NCBI GenBank assembly: GCA_900318075.1
Contig: ONJI01000011.1
Coordinates: 1-52,629, forward strand
Length of the DNA stretch: 52,629 nt
Direction of reading: 5' to 3'
Source: an uncultured Bacillota bacterium
Lineage (GTDB): Bacteria; Bacillota_I; Bacilli_A; RF39; UBA660
Numbering within the stretch: position 1 is the stretch's first letter; the number at the start of each line of letters is the position of its first letter. Positions 30,727 through 40,215 of the stretch are shown here, piece by piece. The notes below the pieces were generated by a model. That model had not been told where the DNA came from. It searched no databases and saw only the letters and a list, made by a program, of their open reading frames with translations. Position numbers and translations under genes: made by a program.

Positions 30727-31572
30727 TTATTTTTCATAAAGCATAACTTCCATTTTCATTTCATCTTTTTCTTTTTTATATATTGCAAGTTCATTTCCTT
30801 CATTATCTATAAACAAGACTTCTTCTGGATAATTATCTTTTAGTTTTACGCCATTTACTATTTTATGTTTCAAATTATCATCAGCAGTTATAATAGGGAT
30901 ATCTATAATATCTTTTAGTTTTAATAATTTATATTTTCCTTCTTTGATATCTTCTATAGTGTAAGAATTTTCTATGTTGAAGTTTCCTTGTTTAGTTCTT
31001 GTAAGTGCGCTCATGGTTCCAATTGTATTTATGTTTTTAAGTAAATCTCTAATTAAGCTTCTTATGTATGTACCTTTACTAACTCTGGTCTTAAATGTGA
31101 ATTTATTTTCGTTATAGTCTAAAAGTTCTATTTTTTTAATTGAAACTTCTTTTTTAGGCAAGTTTATTTTAATTCCTTCTCTTGCATATTCATATAATTT
31201 TTTTCCATTTACTTTAACGGCTGAATATTCTGGAACTTCTTGCATGTATGTTTTGGGAAATGAATCAATGGCTTTTTTTAATTTTTCTATATCTAAAGTT
31301 TCTTTTCTTTTTTCTAAAACATTGCCTGTTATATCTAAGGTATCTGTTTTTATTCCTAAAGTTACTTCGGCTATATACTCTTTTTCTTTACTCGTAAGCA
31401 TTTCATTTAATTTTGTATATTTTCCTAGGCATATAACTAAAACACCTTCTGCTAGTGGATCTAATGTTCCGTTATGACCTACTTTTTTTATTTTTAGTAA
31501 TTTGCTTATCTCATTAACAGCATCTCTACTAGTAATGCCTTTTTGTTTATTTAAAATTATTATTCCATTCAT
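30727..31572 (-). CDS. truB: tRNA pseudouridine(55) synthase
   Basis: 281 aa. The GHNGTLDPLAEG motif holds the catalytic Asp. Its start overlaps the cysS stop (ATGA). Confidence 0.9.
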   Translation of the reverse strand: MNGIIILNKQKGITSRDAVNEISKLLKIKKVGHNGTLDPLAEGVLVICLGKYTKLNEMLTSKEKEYIAEVTLGIKTDTLDITGNVLEKRKETLDIEKLKKAIDSFPKTYMQEVPEYSAVKVNGKKLYEYAREGIKINLPKKEVSIKKIELLDYNENKFTFKTRVSKGTYIRSLIRDLLKNINTIGTMSALTRTKQGNFNIENSYTIEDIKEGKYKLLKLKDIIDIPIITADDNLKHKIVNGVKLKDNYPEEVLFIDNEGNELAIYKKEKDEMKMEVMLYEK

Positions 31573-32963
31573 TTTACTTCGTATGTTGTTCCTTCTCTAG
31601 TATCTTTAATAATTATGTTTTTTTCTAAAAGTTCTTCTCTTATATTGTCAGCAAGTTCATAATTTTTATCTTTTTTGGCTTTTATTCTTTCTTCTATTTT
31701 TTCTTCGATGTATTTTTTAAGGTCACTATCTATTTCATTTTCTTTTAGTAAATCAAGGCTTAAAACTTTATCAAAATCTTCGATTAAATATAATTTTTCA
31801 TTATTATTTAAATCGCTTTTTAAAACATCATATAGTGTTGTTAAAGCTAAAGATGTATTTAAATCATTTTCTAATGCTTCTTTAAATTTATCTTGATAAG
31901 TTTTTGTTTTAGTATAATCAATACTTCCTGATTTATTATCTTTAATATTTTTTACTTTATTTAATAGTTTTTCATATGAACTAGAAGCATTATCTAAGGA
32001 ATCATAATTAAATACTAGTTGTTTTCTATAGTGACTTGATAGGCACATATATCTAAAGCTAAGTGGGTTATATCCTTTTTCCTTTAATAGTGATACTGTA
32101 AGTACAGCTCCTTTGCTTTTGCTCATTTTTCCAGATTCATCCATTAAGTGTTCATTGTGGAACCAATAATTGCACCATTTATGACCTAAATAGGCTTCAC
32201 TTTGAGCGATTTCATTTGTGTGGTGCGGAAAGATATTATCTACTCCTCCACCATGAATATCTAAATATTCTCCGCAGTAGTGAATATTTATTCCGCTACA
32301 TTCAATATGCCATCCTGGATATCCATATCCCCAAGGACTATCCCACTTTAGTTCTTGGTCTTCAAATTTTGATTTGGTAAACCATAATACGAAGTCTGCT
32401 TGATTATGTTTATTTTTATCAAATTCAACGCCTTCTCTTATACCGACAACCATTTCATCTTCTTTATGATTAGTAAGTTTATAGTAATCGGTTAATTTAG
32501 AGGTATCAAAATAGACGTTGCCTCCTTCAATATAGGCATAACCATTATCTAATATTTTTTGGATTATTTTTATATAATCATTTATGTGTTCAGTAGCTGG
32601 GGCAACTACTTCTGGAACTTTATTATTTAAAAGTTTAAAGTCATTAAAAAATTGTTCAGTATAAAATTTAGCAATATCCATAACGGTTTTATTTTGGGTT
32701 TTAGCGCTTTTGACCATTTTGTCTTCACCAGAATCTGAATCGCTTGTTAAGTGGCCAACATCTGTTATGTTCATTACTCTATATACGTCATACCCCAAAT
32801 ATCTTAATGTTTTATCTAAAATATCATGACCAATATAGTTTCGCATATTACCTATGTGCTGGAAGTGGTAAACAGTTGGGCCGCATGTATAAAACTTTAC
32901 CTTTCCTTTTTCGTTTGGAATAAACTCTTCTACTTTTCTAGTTAAAGTATTATATATTTTCAT
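31569..32963 (-). CDS. cysS: Cysteine--tRNA ligase
   Basis: 464 aa. HIGH-type motif (HIGNMRN), KMSKS, and zinc-ligand context (CGPTVY, HIECS). Confidence 0.93.
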   Translation of the reverse strand: MKIYNTLTRKVEEFIPNEKGKVKFYTCGPTVYHFQHIGNMRNYIGHDILDKTLRYLGYDVYRVMNITDVGHLTSDSDSGEDKMVKSAKTQNKTVMDIAKFYTEQFFNDFKLLNNKVPEVVAPATEHINDYIKIIQKILDNGYAYIEGGNVYFDTSKLTDYYKLTNHKEDEMVVGIREGVEFDKNKHNQADFVLWFTKSKFEDQELKWDSPWGYGYPGWHIECSGINIHYCGEYLDIHGGGVDNIFPHHTNEIAQSEAYLGHKWCNYWFHNEHLMDESGKMSKSKGAVLTVSLLKEKGYNPLSFRYMCLSSHYRKQLVFNYDSLDNASSSYEKLLNKVKNIKDNKSGSIDYTKTKTYQDKFKEALENDLNTSLALTTLYDVLKSDLNNNEKLYLIEDFDKVLSLDLLKENEIDSDLKKYIEEKIEERIKAKKDKNYELADNIREELLEKNIIIKDTREGTTYEVK

Positions 32964-33004
32964 CTACATCACCTTTTATTCATTATATCATATTATATTA
33001 TACT

Positions 33005-33029
33005 ATAAAAAGGTGTTTTTAACACCTTT
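33005..33029 (-). terminator. Terminator after the DUF853 gene
   Basis: Minus strand AAAGGTGTT-AAA-AACACCTTT followed by TTTAT. It overlaps the stop codon. Confidence 0.6.
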
Positions 33030-34569
33030 ATTTCTTTTTACTATTAAATGCTGCTTTTACAATAGCATTAGCTATTCTTCTGATAAATCCAGTAGTTGTG
33101 TTTTGAATAACTCTTTGGCCCATTTTTTTGGCTTGTCCCATAGGGCTATTTTCATATTCCTTTTGTCTTTGTTTTTCTAATCTTGCTTTTTCTTTTTCTT
33201 CTTCTTTTTTCTTTTTGGCTAGTTCTTTTTCTTCTTTTTCTTTTTGTTTTTTTTCATCTTCTACCTTTTTTAAGGCTTCTTTTTCTTCTAGTTTTTTAGT
33301 TAAAATTTCATAGGCTGATTCATTATCAATTTTCTCATCATATTTGCCTACTAATTCGCTATTATTTATTATTTTATTTCTTGTCATGTCATCAATTGTT
33401 CCCATAGCGCTTTGTGGTGGTAAAATGACCGCCTTTTCAACAATTTCAGGTTCACCTTTTTCATTTTGGAATGATATTAAGGCTTCTCCTGTTCCAAGCT
33501 CTAATATTGCTTTTTCTGTATCAAATTTAGGATTTACTCTAAAAGCTGTAGCGGCGGCTTTCACAGTTTTTTGTTCTGCCGGAGTATATGCTCTTAACGT
33601 ATGCTGAACTCTATTTCCTAATTGGGCTAATATAGCATCTGGAATATCGGTTGGTGCTTGTGATACAAAATAAAGTCCTATTCCTCTTGATCTAATAAGT
33701 TTTACAACTTGAACTATTCTTTTTAATCTATATTCTGGCATCCCATTAAATAGCAAGTGGGCTTCATCAAAGAAAAATACTATTTTTGGTTTATCTAAAT
33801 CTCCTACTTCTGGCATATCAGTAAATAGTTCAGTTAAAAGCCATAGCAAAAACGAAGCATATAAATCTGGATTTTGGAATAATCTTGTTGCATGTAATAT
33901 ATTGATATAACCTTTTCCATCACTATTTAATTTTATAAAGTCTTTAATATCTAAATCTGGTTCACCAAAAAATTCTTCAGCTCCTTCTTTTTCTAAGGAA
34001 AGTAAGCTTCTTTGAATAACGCCTATACTTTGGGTAGTAATATTTCCATATTTAGTAATATAATCTTTTCTATTATCACCTACGTGCTGAAGCAAAAGTC
34101 TTAAGTCTTTTAAATCTATAAGTTTTAAATTTTCATCTTCAGCTATTTTAAAAGCAATATCAAGTACGCCTTCCTGGGCTTCAGATAGACCTAACATTAT
34201 TGATAATATTGATGATCCTACTTTTGATATTGTGGTTCTTATTGGATGGCCAGATTCTCCATATATATCCCAAAAACGAACTGGGAATGCTTTATAATCA
34301 AAGTCTTTTATTTTAAGATTTTTTAATCTTTCTTCTAATTTTTCGGATGTTTTCCCTTCAGTGCATGTTCCTCCTAAATCACCTTTTACATCGGCCATAA
34401 AAACGGGAATTCCAGCATCAGAAAAGCTTTCTGCCATTACTTTTGATGTTACTGTTTTTCCTGAACCACTAGCTCCGGTTATAATTCCATGTCTATTTAT
34501 CATATTTGATAAAATACACAATTCTTTTTCTTTAGTTTTTCCTACTACTATTTTATTATTTAAATACAT
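33028..34569 (-). CDS. HerA-like ATPase, DUF853/YjgR family
   Basis: 513 aa. Walker A GASGSGKT and Walker B VFFFDEAH. There is a long Lys/Glu-rich C-terminal tail. Confidence 0.75.
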   Translation of the reverse strand: MYLNNKIVVGKTKEKELCILSNMINRHGIITGASGSGKTVTSKVMAESFSDAGIPVFMADVKGDLGGTCTEGKTSEKLEERLKNLKIKDFDYKAFPVRFWDIYGESGHPIRTTISKVGSSILSIMLGLSEAQEGVLDIAFKIAEDENLKLIDLKDLRLLLQHVGDNRKDYITKYGNITTQSIGVIQRSLLSLEKEGAEEFFGEPDLDIKDFIKLNSDGKGYINILHATRLFQNPDLYASFLLWLLTELFTDMPEVGDLDKPKIVFFFDEAHLLFNGMPEYRLKRIVQVVKLIRSRGIGLYFVSQAPTDIPDAILAQLGNRVQHTLRAYTPAEQKTVKAAATAFRVNPKFDTEKAILELGTGEALISFQNEKGEPEIVEKAVILPPQSAMGTIDDMTRNKIINNSELVGKYDEKIDNESAYEILTKKLEEKEALKKVEDEKKQKEKEEKELAKKKKEEEKEKARLEKQRQKEYENSPMGQAKKMGQRVIQNTTTGFIRRIANAIVKAAFNSKKK

Positions 34570-34618
34570 ACTCTTCCTCCTAACCGTAGTATATCATAAT
34601 TACTTTAGTTTTTATATA

Positions 34619-35194
34619 TTAAAATATAAAGTAGCCGAATATAAAACCGCATATGGCTCCAACTATATGGCTGTCATGGGAAATATTATCTTTTTTATTT
34701 GAAAACTGTTTAATAATTTCATCAGCCACATAAAATAAGAATATTAATATTAGTGTTATTGGAATTTTACCTTCCGTAACGTTTACTACTGAACATAGTA
34801 CAATTAACATATATACGTTATCGCTTGCGCCTATCGCACTACTTTCATATATAAATAAATGAACTAAACTACTTGCAGCTGTAGTTATTACAAGCATTTC
34901 TAATATTGGAATGCTTCCATATTTTTCTTCTAAAAGTGGTCCGATTAATAAAATTGTAATGAAATTATTTCTAAAATGTGACCACCCACTATGGCAAAGA
35001 CCTGTTGTAAATAGTCTAATATATGTCATAGGGCTTAATAAACTTCCTTTTCTTAAAGCTAGAAAATTATTTACCTTTCCTTTAAAAATTATATTTAATA
35101 TTAATACTAATAGGCATATTAGAAAATATGAAAGTATTACTACTGAATTATAAGAAAACTTATTAATTAATTCCATGATATTATCTATTTCCAT
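34619..35194 (-). CDS. Rhomboid family intramembrane serine protease
   Basis: 191 aa and polytopic. GxSxxxY (GASDNVY) with the Ser, and HxxGxxxG (HIVGAICG) with the His. Confidence 0.8.
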   Translation of the reverse strand: MEIDNIMELINKFSYNSVVILSYFLICLLVLILNIIFKGKVNNFLALRKGSLLSPMTYIRLFTTGLCHSGWSHFRNNFITILLIGPLLEEKYGSIPILEMLVITTAASSLVHLFIYESSAIGASDNVYMLIVLCSVVNVTEGKIPITLILIFLFYVADEIIKQFSNKKDNISHDSHIVGAICGFIFGYFIF

Positions 35195-35261
35195 ATGTAC
35201 TCCTTACTATTTATATTATATCACGTATAATAATTATTCGTAAATTATTTAAGTAAGTGAC

Positions 35262-35649
35262 AATATCGTTTCCGGAAATATATTTATGAATGTTATCAAG
35301 GTATTATTAATTCTATTAAAAATAAAGACTTTAAAACTTTTAAAAATATAATTTATAACGATAACAAAAATATTTCTCCTAAAATGAGTAAAGCTTTTAA
35401 ATTATACGAAGATAATATTAAATACATTGATCATTCTTTTTAGATATGTTATTAATAATGGCAAAGTTGGAGAAACTAGTAATTTAATTAAAACTATTAA
35501 AAGAATAGCTCTTGGATATAGAAAATAAGATCATTTTATTGTCAGAATTTTCTTAATCAAAGGCATTATAAAAGGATGATTTTCATCATCCTCCTATCAT
35601 AGTTCATTTATCAAATTTATTGTCCATCAACACCATTTGACAAAGAACC
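35262..35649 (+). mobile_element. ISL3-family transposase 3' remnant with terminal inverted repeat
   Basis: Broken frames read ...INSIKNKDFKTFKNIIYNDNKNISPKMSKAFKLYEDNIKYIDHSF / YVINNGKVGETSNLIKTIKRIALGYRK(stop)DHFIVRIFLIKG, which resembles the ISL3 C-terminus (NxxxEGxNxKIKxIKRxxxGYRxFxxFxxRI). The end sequence GGTTCTTTGTCAAATGG (reverse complement, ending at 35649) resembles ISL3 IRs (GGCTCTT...). Confidence 0.6.
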
Positions 35650-35689
35650 ACTATATTTAAAGTTCGGATAGCTCGAACAAATTTATCAA

Positions 35690-35774
35690 TGGTGCGGGCG
35701 AAGGGACTTGAACCCCCATGCCGCAAGGCGCTAGATCCTAAGTCTAGTGCGTCTACCAATTTCGCCACGCCCGC
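35690..35774 (-). tRNA. tRNA-Leu (anticodon UAG), CCA encoded
   Basis: Reverse complement GCGGGCGTGGCGAAATTGGTAGACGCACTAGACTTAGGATCTAG...(long variable arm)...GGGGTTCAAGTCCCTTCGCCCGCACCA. The anticodon loop is CTTAGGA. Confidence 0.9.
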
Positions 35775-35781
35775 AATTAAG

Positions 35782-35858
35782 TGGTGGACCCTGATGGACT
35801 CGAACCATCGACCGCCCGGTTATGAGCCGGATGCTCTAACCAACTGAGCTAAGGGTCC
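35782..35858 (-). tRNA. tRNA with CAU anticodon (Ile2-lysidine type or elongator Met), CCA encoded
   Basis: Reverse complement GGACCCTTAGCTCAGTTGGTTAGAGCATCCGGCTCATAACCGGGCGGTCGATGGTTCGAGTCCATCAGGGTCCACCA. The body closely resembles E. coli ileX-type tRNA as I recall it. Confidence 0.85.
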
Positions 35859-35878
35859 ATACTTTGGCTGACTTCTAT

Positions 35879-35907
35879 ATAATAACATAATAGATAATTT
35901 ATTTCAA
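35879..35907 (-). promoter_or_regulatory. Sigma-A promoter of the tRNA pair
   Basis: Minus strand TTGAAA-N17-TATTAT with a TGT extension, about 20 nt upstream of the first tRNA. Confidence 0.5.
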
Positions 35908-35947
35908 GAAAATTTTAATTATTTTCTAAAATATTTTATGTTTTTAA

Positions 35948-36364
35948 TTAATTTTTATTTATCATATTAAGTAAATTTATTTTAAATTTGTCTTTATCTT
36001 CATGTTCTTTTGAAACCATTACGCCTTTATAGGCTACTAGTTCTGATTTGTGGCCTTCTTTTAATATGTCTTCTGGTGATAGTGTTACTAAAGTGATGTT
36101 ATTTGTTCCTTCATTTACACTGTAGTGAAGTTTAACTTCGCCATGGACTTTAACAAATAATGCATCTGTTGGTAATTTTACTTCATAGTTTTTTATATTT
36201 CCTTCAGTGCTTACGACAGTACCTAAAAACTCCCCAGATTTTAATTTAGGGTAATATTCGAAGTAAAGTTTTTTGAAAGCAAGCATGTTGTATTTTTTTA
36301 GCGCACTTTCCAACTTTTTAAATTCATTTTCATTTTCATATCCAAACATGTACTTTTCTTCCAT
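35948..36364 (-). CDS. Hypothetical protein (138 aa)
   Basis: Clean ORF. I recognise no motif. The RBS is weak (AAAGGA, 10 nt). Confidence 0.5.
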   Translation of the reverse strand: MEEKYMFGYENENEFKKLESALKKYNMLAFKKLYFEYYPKLKSGEFLGTVVSTEGNIKNYEVKLPTDALFVKVHGEVKLHYSVNEGTNNITLVTLSPEDILKEGHKSELVAYKGVMVSKEHEDKDKFKINLLNMINKN

Positions 36365-36486
36365 GGCCTACAGTCCTTTCTCGAGCCTAGTTTCTTATTA
36401 TTATAGTAGCATATTAATTCTTAGAAATCCAGTATTTTACTATCATTTGATTAAATTTGACATGCTCTTTGCATTTTTTACATTTT

Positions 36487-36512
36487 AAAACTAGATTATA
36501 TAATCTAGTTTT
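36487..36512. terminator. Perfect 26-nt palindrome / bidirectional terminator
   Basis: AAAACTAGATTAT|ATAATCTAGTTTT. It contains the stop codon of the 294-aa gene. Confidence 0.6.
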
Positions 36513-37389
36513 GTGCTACTTTTGTGTAACCATTTTTAATCAACGATTCATCATCACAATTAGCTTCTTTAGTATCTACTTTGCTGTTTTCTAAAGTTTT
36601 TGTTCTGTAGCGATAATAAGTTACAGTTTTATAAACTGGCTCATCATAATAAATGGTTGTTTTTTTAATGCAGTTTGTTGGTTCTTCATATGTCCCTGGA
36701 TTATCATATCTATTGCCACAAACATAATAGACTTTTGAGCCACTATAGATGTATTTATTTGCAGGTCTTGTTGTAATTTCATCCTTGGTTACTGTCTTAG
36801 TTCCTGTTTTTACTTTTTTAGATGATGTTTCGACTTGAATGTTACCATTTTCTTCTACTTTTTTGGTACTCCAGCTTGACCACTGTCCATAGGTCCAAGC
36901 TTCATCAAGATTTTTTACGAATGTGCACCTTGCGGTGCTGGTACTGGGAAATTGTGTTCCATCTAATCCCATATGTAAGATTATATAATCTGTTTTATCA
37001 GCACATGTTAAATTTACTTTCATAGTGTATTCGTCTTCTTTTCTTTTAACTAGTACATATGATTTTTTTGTGCTGCAAGAAATTCCGTTATTGTCAGTAA
37101 GTTTTACTATCATTTTTTGGTCTAACATTTCTTTTAATGTCATTTTAGATTCTTCGTCAGTTTTCTTAGGCAATCTACTATCTGTATAATAACCACTAGC
37201 AGCAGTAGCCATAGCAATTAAATTACTGTTAAAATTACTATTTTTTGTAGTTCCTAGTTTTTTGTCAATATAATTTGTAACAAATCCCTTTGTAGGGAAA
37301 AGTATCATTAGAATAAATAGTGCAACCACTATTAGAACAATCTTAGCAAATACTGATCCAAATGGACGATTATTTCTTTCTGTGTACAT
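36505..37389 (-). CDS. Membrane-anchored extracytoplasmic protein, unknown function
   Basis: 294 aa with an N-terminal TM helix (IVLIVVALFILMILF), 6 Cys, and the motifs WTYGQWSSWS and TYYRYRTKT. Confidence 0.6.
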   Translation of the reverse strand: MYTERNNRPFGSVFAKIVLIVVALFILMILFPTKGFVTNYIDKKLGTTKNSNFNSNLIAMATAASGYYTDSRLPKKTDEESKMTLKEMLDQKMIVKLTDNNGISCSTKKSYVLVKRKEDEYTMKVNLTCADKTDYIILHMGLDGTQFPSTSTARCTFVKNLDEAWTYGQWSSWSTKKVEENGNIQVETSSKKVKTGTKTVTKDEITTRPANKYIYSGSKVYYVCGNRYDNPGTYEEPTNCIKKTTIYYDEPVYKTVTYYRYRTKTLENSKVDTKEANCDDESLIKNGYTKVAQN

Positions 37390-37434
37390 ATATATTCCCC
37401 CTTTGAATATGGCGTATATATTAACACTTTTCTT

Positions 37435-37707
37435 TTATTTTGTCAATTTTATTTTTACTATTGTGCAGCCTCTATTAGAATAAGAGCTTTTAAAGTCGGT
37501 GACATTTTTATTACGTGCTAATGTTTTCACAGTTGTTTCTCTTATAATGCCCGCTCCAATGCCATGGATAATTACAATAATTTCGTTGCCCATTTTAATA
37601 TTATCTTCGATAAAATCATTGATTGCTACTCTAGCTGTATCCCGATCATAGCCATGAAGATCTATTTTAGGAAAACTATCTGGAAAGATTACTTCATTTA
37701 TTTCCAT
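37435..37707 (-). CDS. Smr (small MutS-related) domain protein
   Basis: 90 aa with IDLHGYDRDTA and IIHGIGAGIIR, the Smr LDLHG/HGxG signatures. Its start overlaps the upstream gene by 14 nt. Confidence 0.8.
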   Translation of the reverse strand: MEINEVIFPDSFPKIDLHGYDRDTARVAINDFIEDNIKMGNEIIVIIHGIGAGIIRETTVKTLARNKNVTDFKSSYSNRGCTIVKIKLTK

Positions 37708-40198
37708 TTAACTCGGCTCTGGCAGCTATTAGTGTTACTTTTGGAATTTGATTTAATTTACAAATAAGGTAATCTATTCCTATTTTTTCAAAAATTTTGA
37801 TATTTTTTTCATTTTCTCCATGTGGGCCAGAAACTCCTAATATAATATTTGGGTTTGATTTATATGCCAGTTTACTAGTAACTGTCATGAATTTTCCTAA
37901 ACCTTCTTCATCGATAATTGTAAATGGATCATGCAAAACATTATTGTAATACCACTTTAAATCGTCATCATATATGCCGTATGTATATTTTGTAAGTTTA
38001 TATGAGTCAATTATTAAAAAGTCTACTTCTTTAGCAATATTGCTAGCTAAAGCAACATTTCTTGGGGTTTCAATCATCGTTCCTAACTTACAATCTATAT
38101 TGTATCTTCTCAATGTTTGTTTTGTAATATTTATTATTTCCTTTAAATATTTTAGCTCTTCGATATCATTTATAACTGGCACTACAATTCCAGGCTTTAT
38201 GTCATATCCTTTTCTTTTGACATTTATAGCTGCTTTTAATATAGCTTCGGTTTCCATCTTGACAATTTCTGGATATGTAACCGCAAATGGGCTACCATGC
38301 AGATCAATAATTGAATTAAAGTTTTGAAGTGATTTAATTTTTGCTTTTATATCATCTATTTCAGCTTTCATGTTTTTGGAAAGTTCATATATTTCTTCGT
38401 CACTTTTTGGCAGAAAACTTCTTAATGGAGTATCTAAAAGTTTAATTGCCACCTGTTTACCATTTAAGTTTTTAAATACTTCTTCAAATTTTATTGTAAG
38501 TATTGGTAATAGCTCTTTTAGTGCTCTATTTATTTCTTCTATATTTTTCGATAATATTAATTTTTTTATGATAAATATTTGGGCAGATTCAAAAATTAGA
38601 TCTTCTACTCTACATATGCCCATAGTATCAATACCAAAATCAATAGTCTTTTTTGAGGGTTCAATTACGCTAGCAATGTTTATTTGTTTTATATCTTTAG
38701 CCCATGACAGTAAAGTTATAAGTTTGCTGTCAATTTTTGGTTTATTTATTTCGATTTGTCCTTCATATATGTATTTGTCATCTATAGATAAATAACTTCC
38801 TTCTTCATATATTTTGCCATTAATTTTCACTATTTTGTTTTTTTCATCAATTACAGTATTTTTGCATTCAGTAATATAACATTTTCCATAATCGTTTTTG
38901 AAAATATCGATGTCTGACTTATTTACAGTAATAATTCCTTTTATTTTTTTTGCATATTCGGCATCTTCTGGGAGAATCTGTTTTTTTACTAAAATGATAT
39001 CTTCTTTTTGTGATTCTCTTTTAGCACTTTCGATATCAAAATATATTGGCCCTGAAAATGCACCTTTATTATATGTTTTACCGCTTGTAAGTGGGGTTAT
39101 ATTCTTTTTGTTTAAACTGCTGTAAGTTAATATATCTAGGTCATCAGGGTTTATTTTCATTATAGCTTCCTCTTTGGTTATAAGGCCCTCTTCGGCCATT
39201 GAAACGGCAATATTAATACTGGCTATTTCACTTTTTTTTGCTTTCTTAGCTTCTATAATATATAGTTTACTATTTTCAACTATAAAATCTATTTGGACTA
39301 TATCTTTATAGTGATATTCTAATAATTTAGAATATTCATCTAGGTTTTTATAAATATCTATATTTGTATCTATCAACATCTCAATAGGCTTAAAATCTAT
39401 TTCTTGCATTTGCCTTAAAAAAATTCCTGATAATTTATCTTCTCCAGTTATATTATCTCTCGAATAAACGGTGCCTTGTAACGAGGTATTATTAATATTT
39501 CCAAACACCATTTGCTGGACAATTATAGCTAGATCATTTATCTCTTTATTTTGTTTATCCCAGGTTTTAAATATATATTTAATAGTTTCTAATAACTGAC
39601 ATATAGGATCTTTGGGAAAATTTTCGCCAGTCAATTTTTTATATATTTTTTTAGATTCTGCAGCGATTTGAAAAAGATCTTCGGCAGTTAGTTCTAAATC
39701 ATTTTTTACTTTTCTTTTTTCTTTATATTTATCTATAAGTAATTTAAATGGGGCTTCGTCTTTGCTTTTCACAGTAGTTGCGTATGTCATTATGAGTTTG
39801 CGATATATATCGTATATGAATTTTGCTGAATTTTCATCTATTGCCATATTAGCGGCAATATTATCATTTAAACCGATATTTAAAATAGCTTTTGGCTCAT
39901 TTTTAATTTCTATAGTTGGACTTAAACGGACGGCTAAAAATAATGGGTTTTCTTTATCCCCTACTTTTTTTCCGCATTTTGTCTCAATGATTTTTATATA
40001 TTCTAGTATTTGATGTTCGATTTCCCTGGATAAGCGTTCATTATTTTCATGGTAATTTTTATAAGCTTCTTTAGTTATAATAAAACCATGTGGCACTGGG
40101 AGATTTTTGCTAGTTAATGTTACTAACCTTGTGCCTTTTAAACCTAATAAATCACTATCAGCGTTTTCTTCATCGAATGAATAAATGTATTTTTCCAT
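37694..40198 (-). CDS. Pyruvate,phosphate dikinase-like protein with substituted catalytic motifs (probable pseudoenzyme)
   Basis: 834 aa and colinear with PPDK over its full length (FDEENA..LLGLKG, ILNIGLND, LITKEEAIMKI, ILVKKQILPED, AVTYPEI, LGTMIETPR, GIDYLIC). The phospho-His motif, the GTNDLTQ motif and the CGE motif are all replaced. Confidence 0.8.
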   Translation of the reverse strand: MEKYIYSFDEENADSDLLGLKGTRLVTLTSKNLPVPHGFIITKEAYKNYHENNERLSREIEHQILEYIKIIETKCGKKVGDKENPLFLAVRLSPTIEIKNEPKAILNIGLNDNIAANMAIDENSAKFIYDIYRKLIMTYATTVKSKDEAPFKLLIDKYKEKRKVKNDLELTAEDLFQIAAESKKIYKKLTGENFPKDPICQLLETIKYIFKTWDKQNKEINDLAIIVQQMVFGNINNTSLQGTVYSRDNITGEDKLSGIFLRQMQEIDFKPIEMLIDTNIDIYKNLDEYSKLLEYHYKDIVQIDFIVENSKLYIIEAKKAKKSEIASINIAVSMAEEGLITKEEAIMKINPDDLDILTYSSLNKKNITPLTSGKTYNKGAFSGPIYFDIESAKRESQKEDIILVKKQILPEDAEYAKKIKGIITVNKSDIDIFKNDYGKCYITECKNTVIDEKNKIVKINGKIYEEGSYLSIDDKYIYEGQIEINKPKIDSKLITLLSWAKDIKQINIASVIEPSKKTIDFGIDTMGICRVEDLIFESAQIFIIKKLILSKNIEEINRALKELLPILTIKFEEVFKNLNGKQVAIKLLDTPLRSFLPKSDEEIYELSKNMKAEIDDIKAKIKSLQNFNSIIDLHGSPFAVTYPEIVKMETEAILKAAINVKRKGYDIKPGIVVPVINDIEELKYLKEIINITKQTLRRYNIDCKLGTMIETPRNVALASNIAKEVDFLIIDSYKLTKYTYGIYDDDLKWYYNNVLHDPFTIIDEEGLGKFMTVTSKLAYKSNPNIILGVSGPHGENEKNIKIFEKIGIDYLICKLNQIPKVTLIAARAELNGNK

Positions 40199-40215
40199 TT
40201 TATTCTCCTTTTTAT

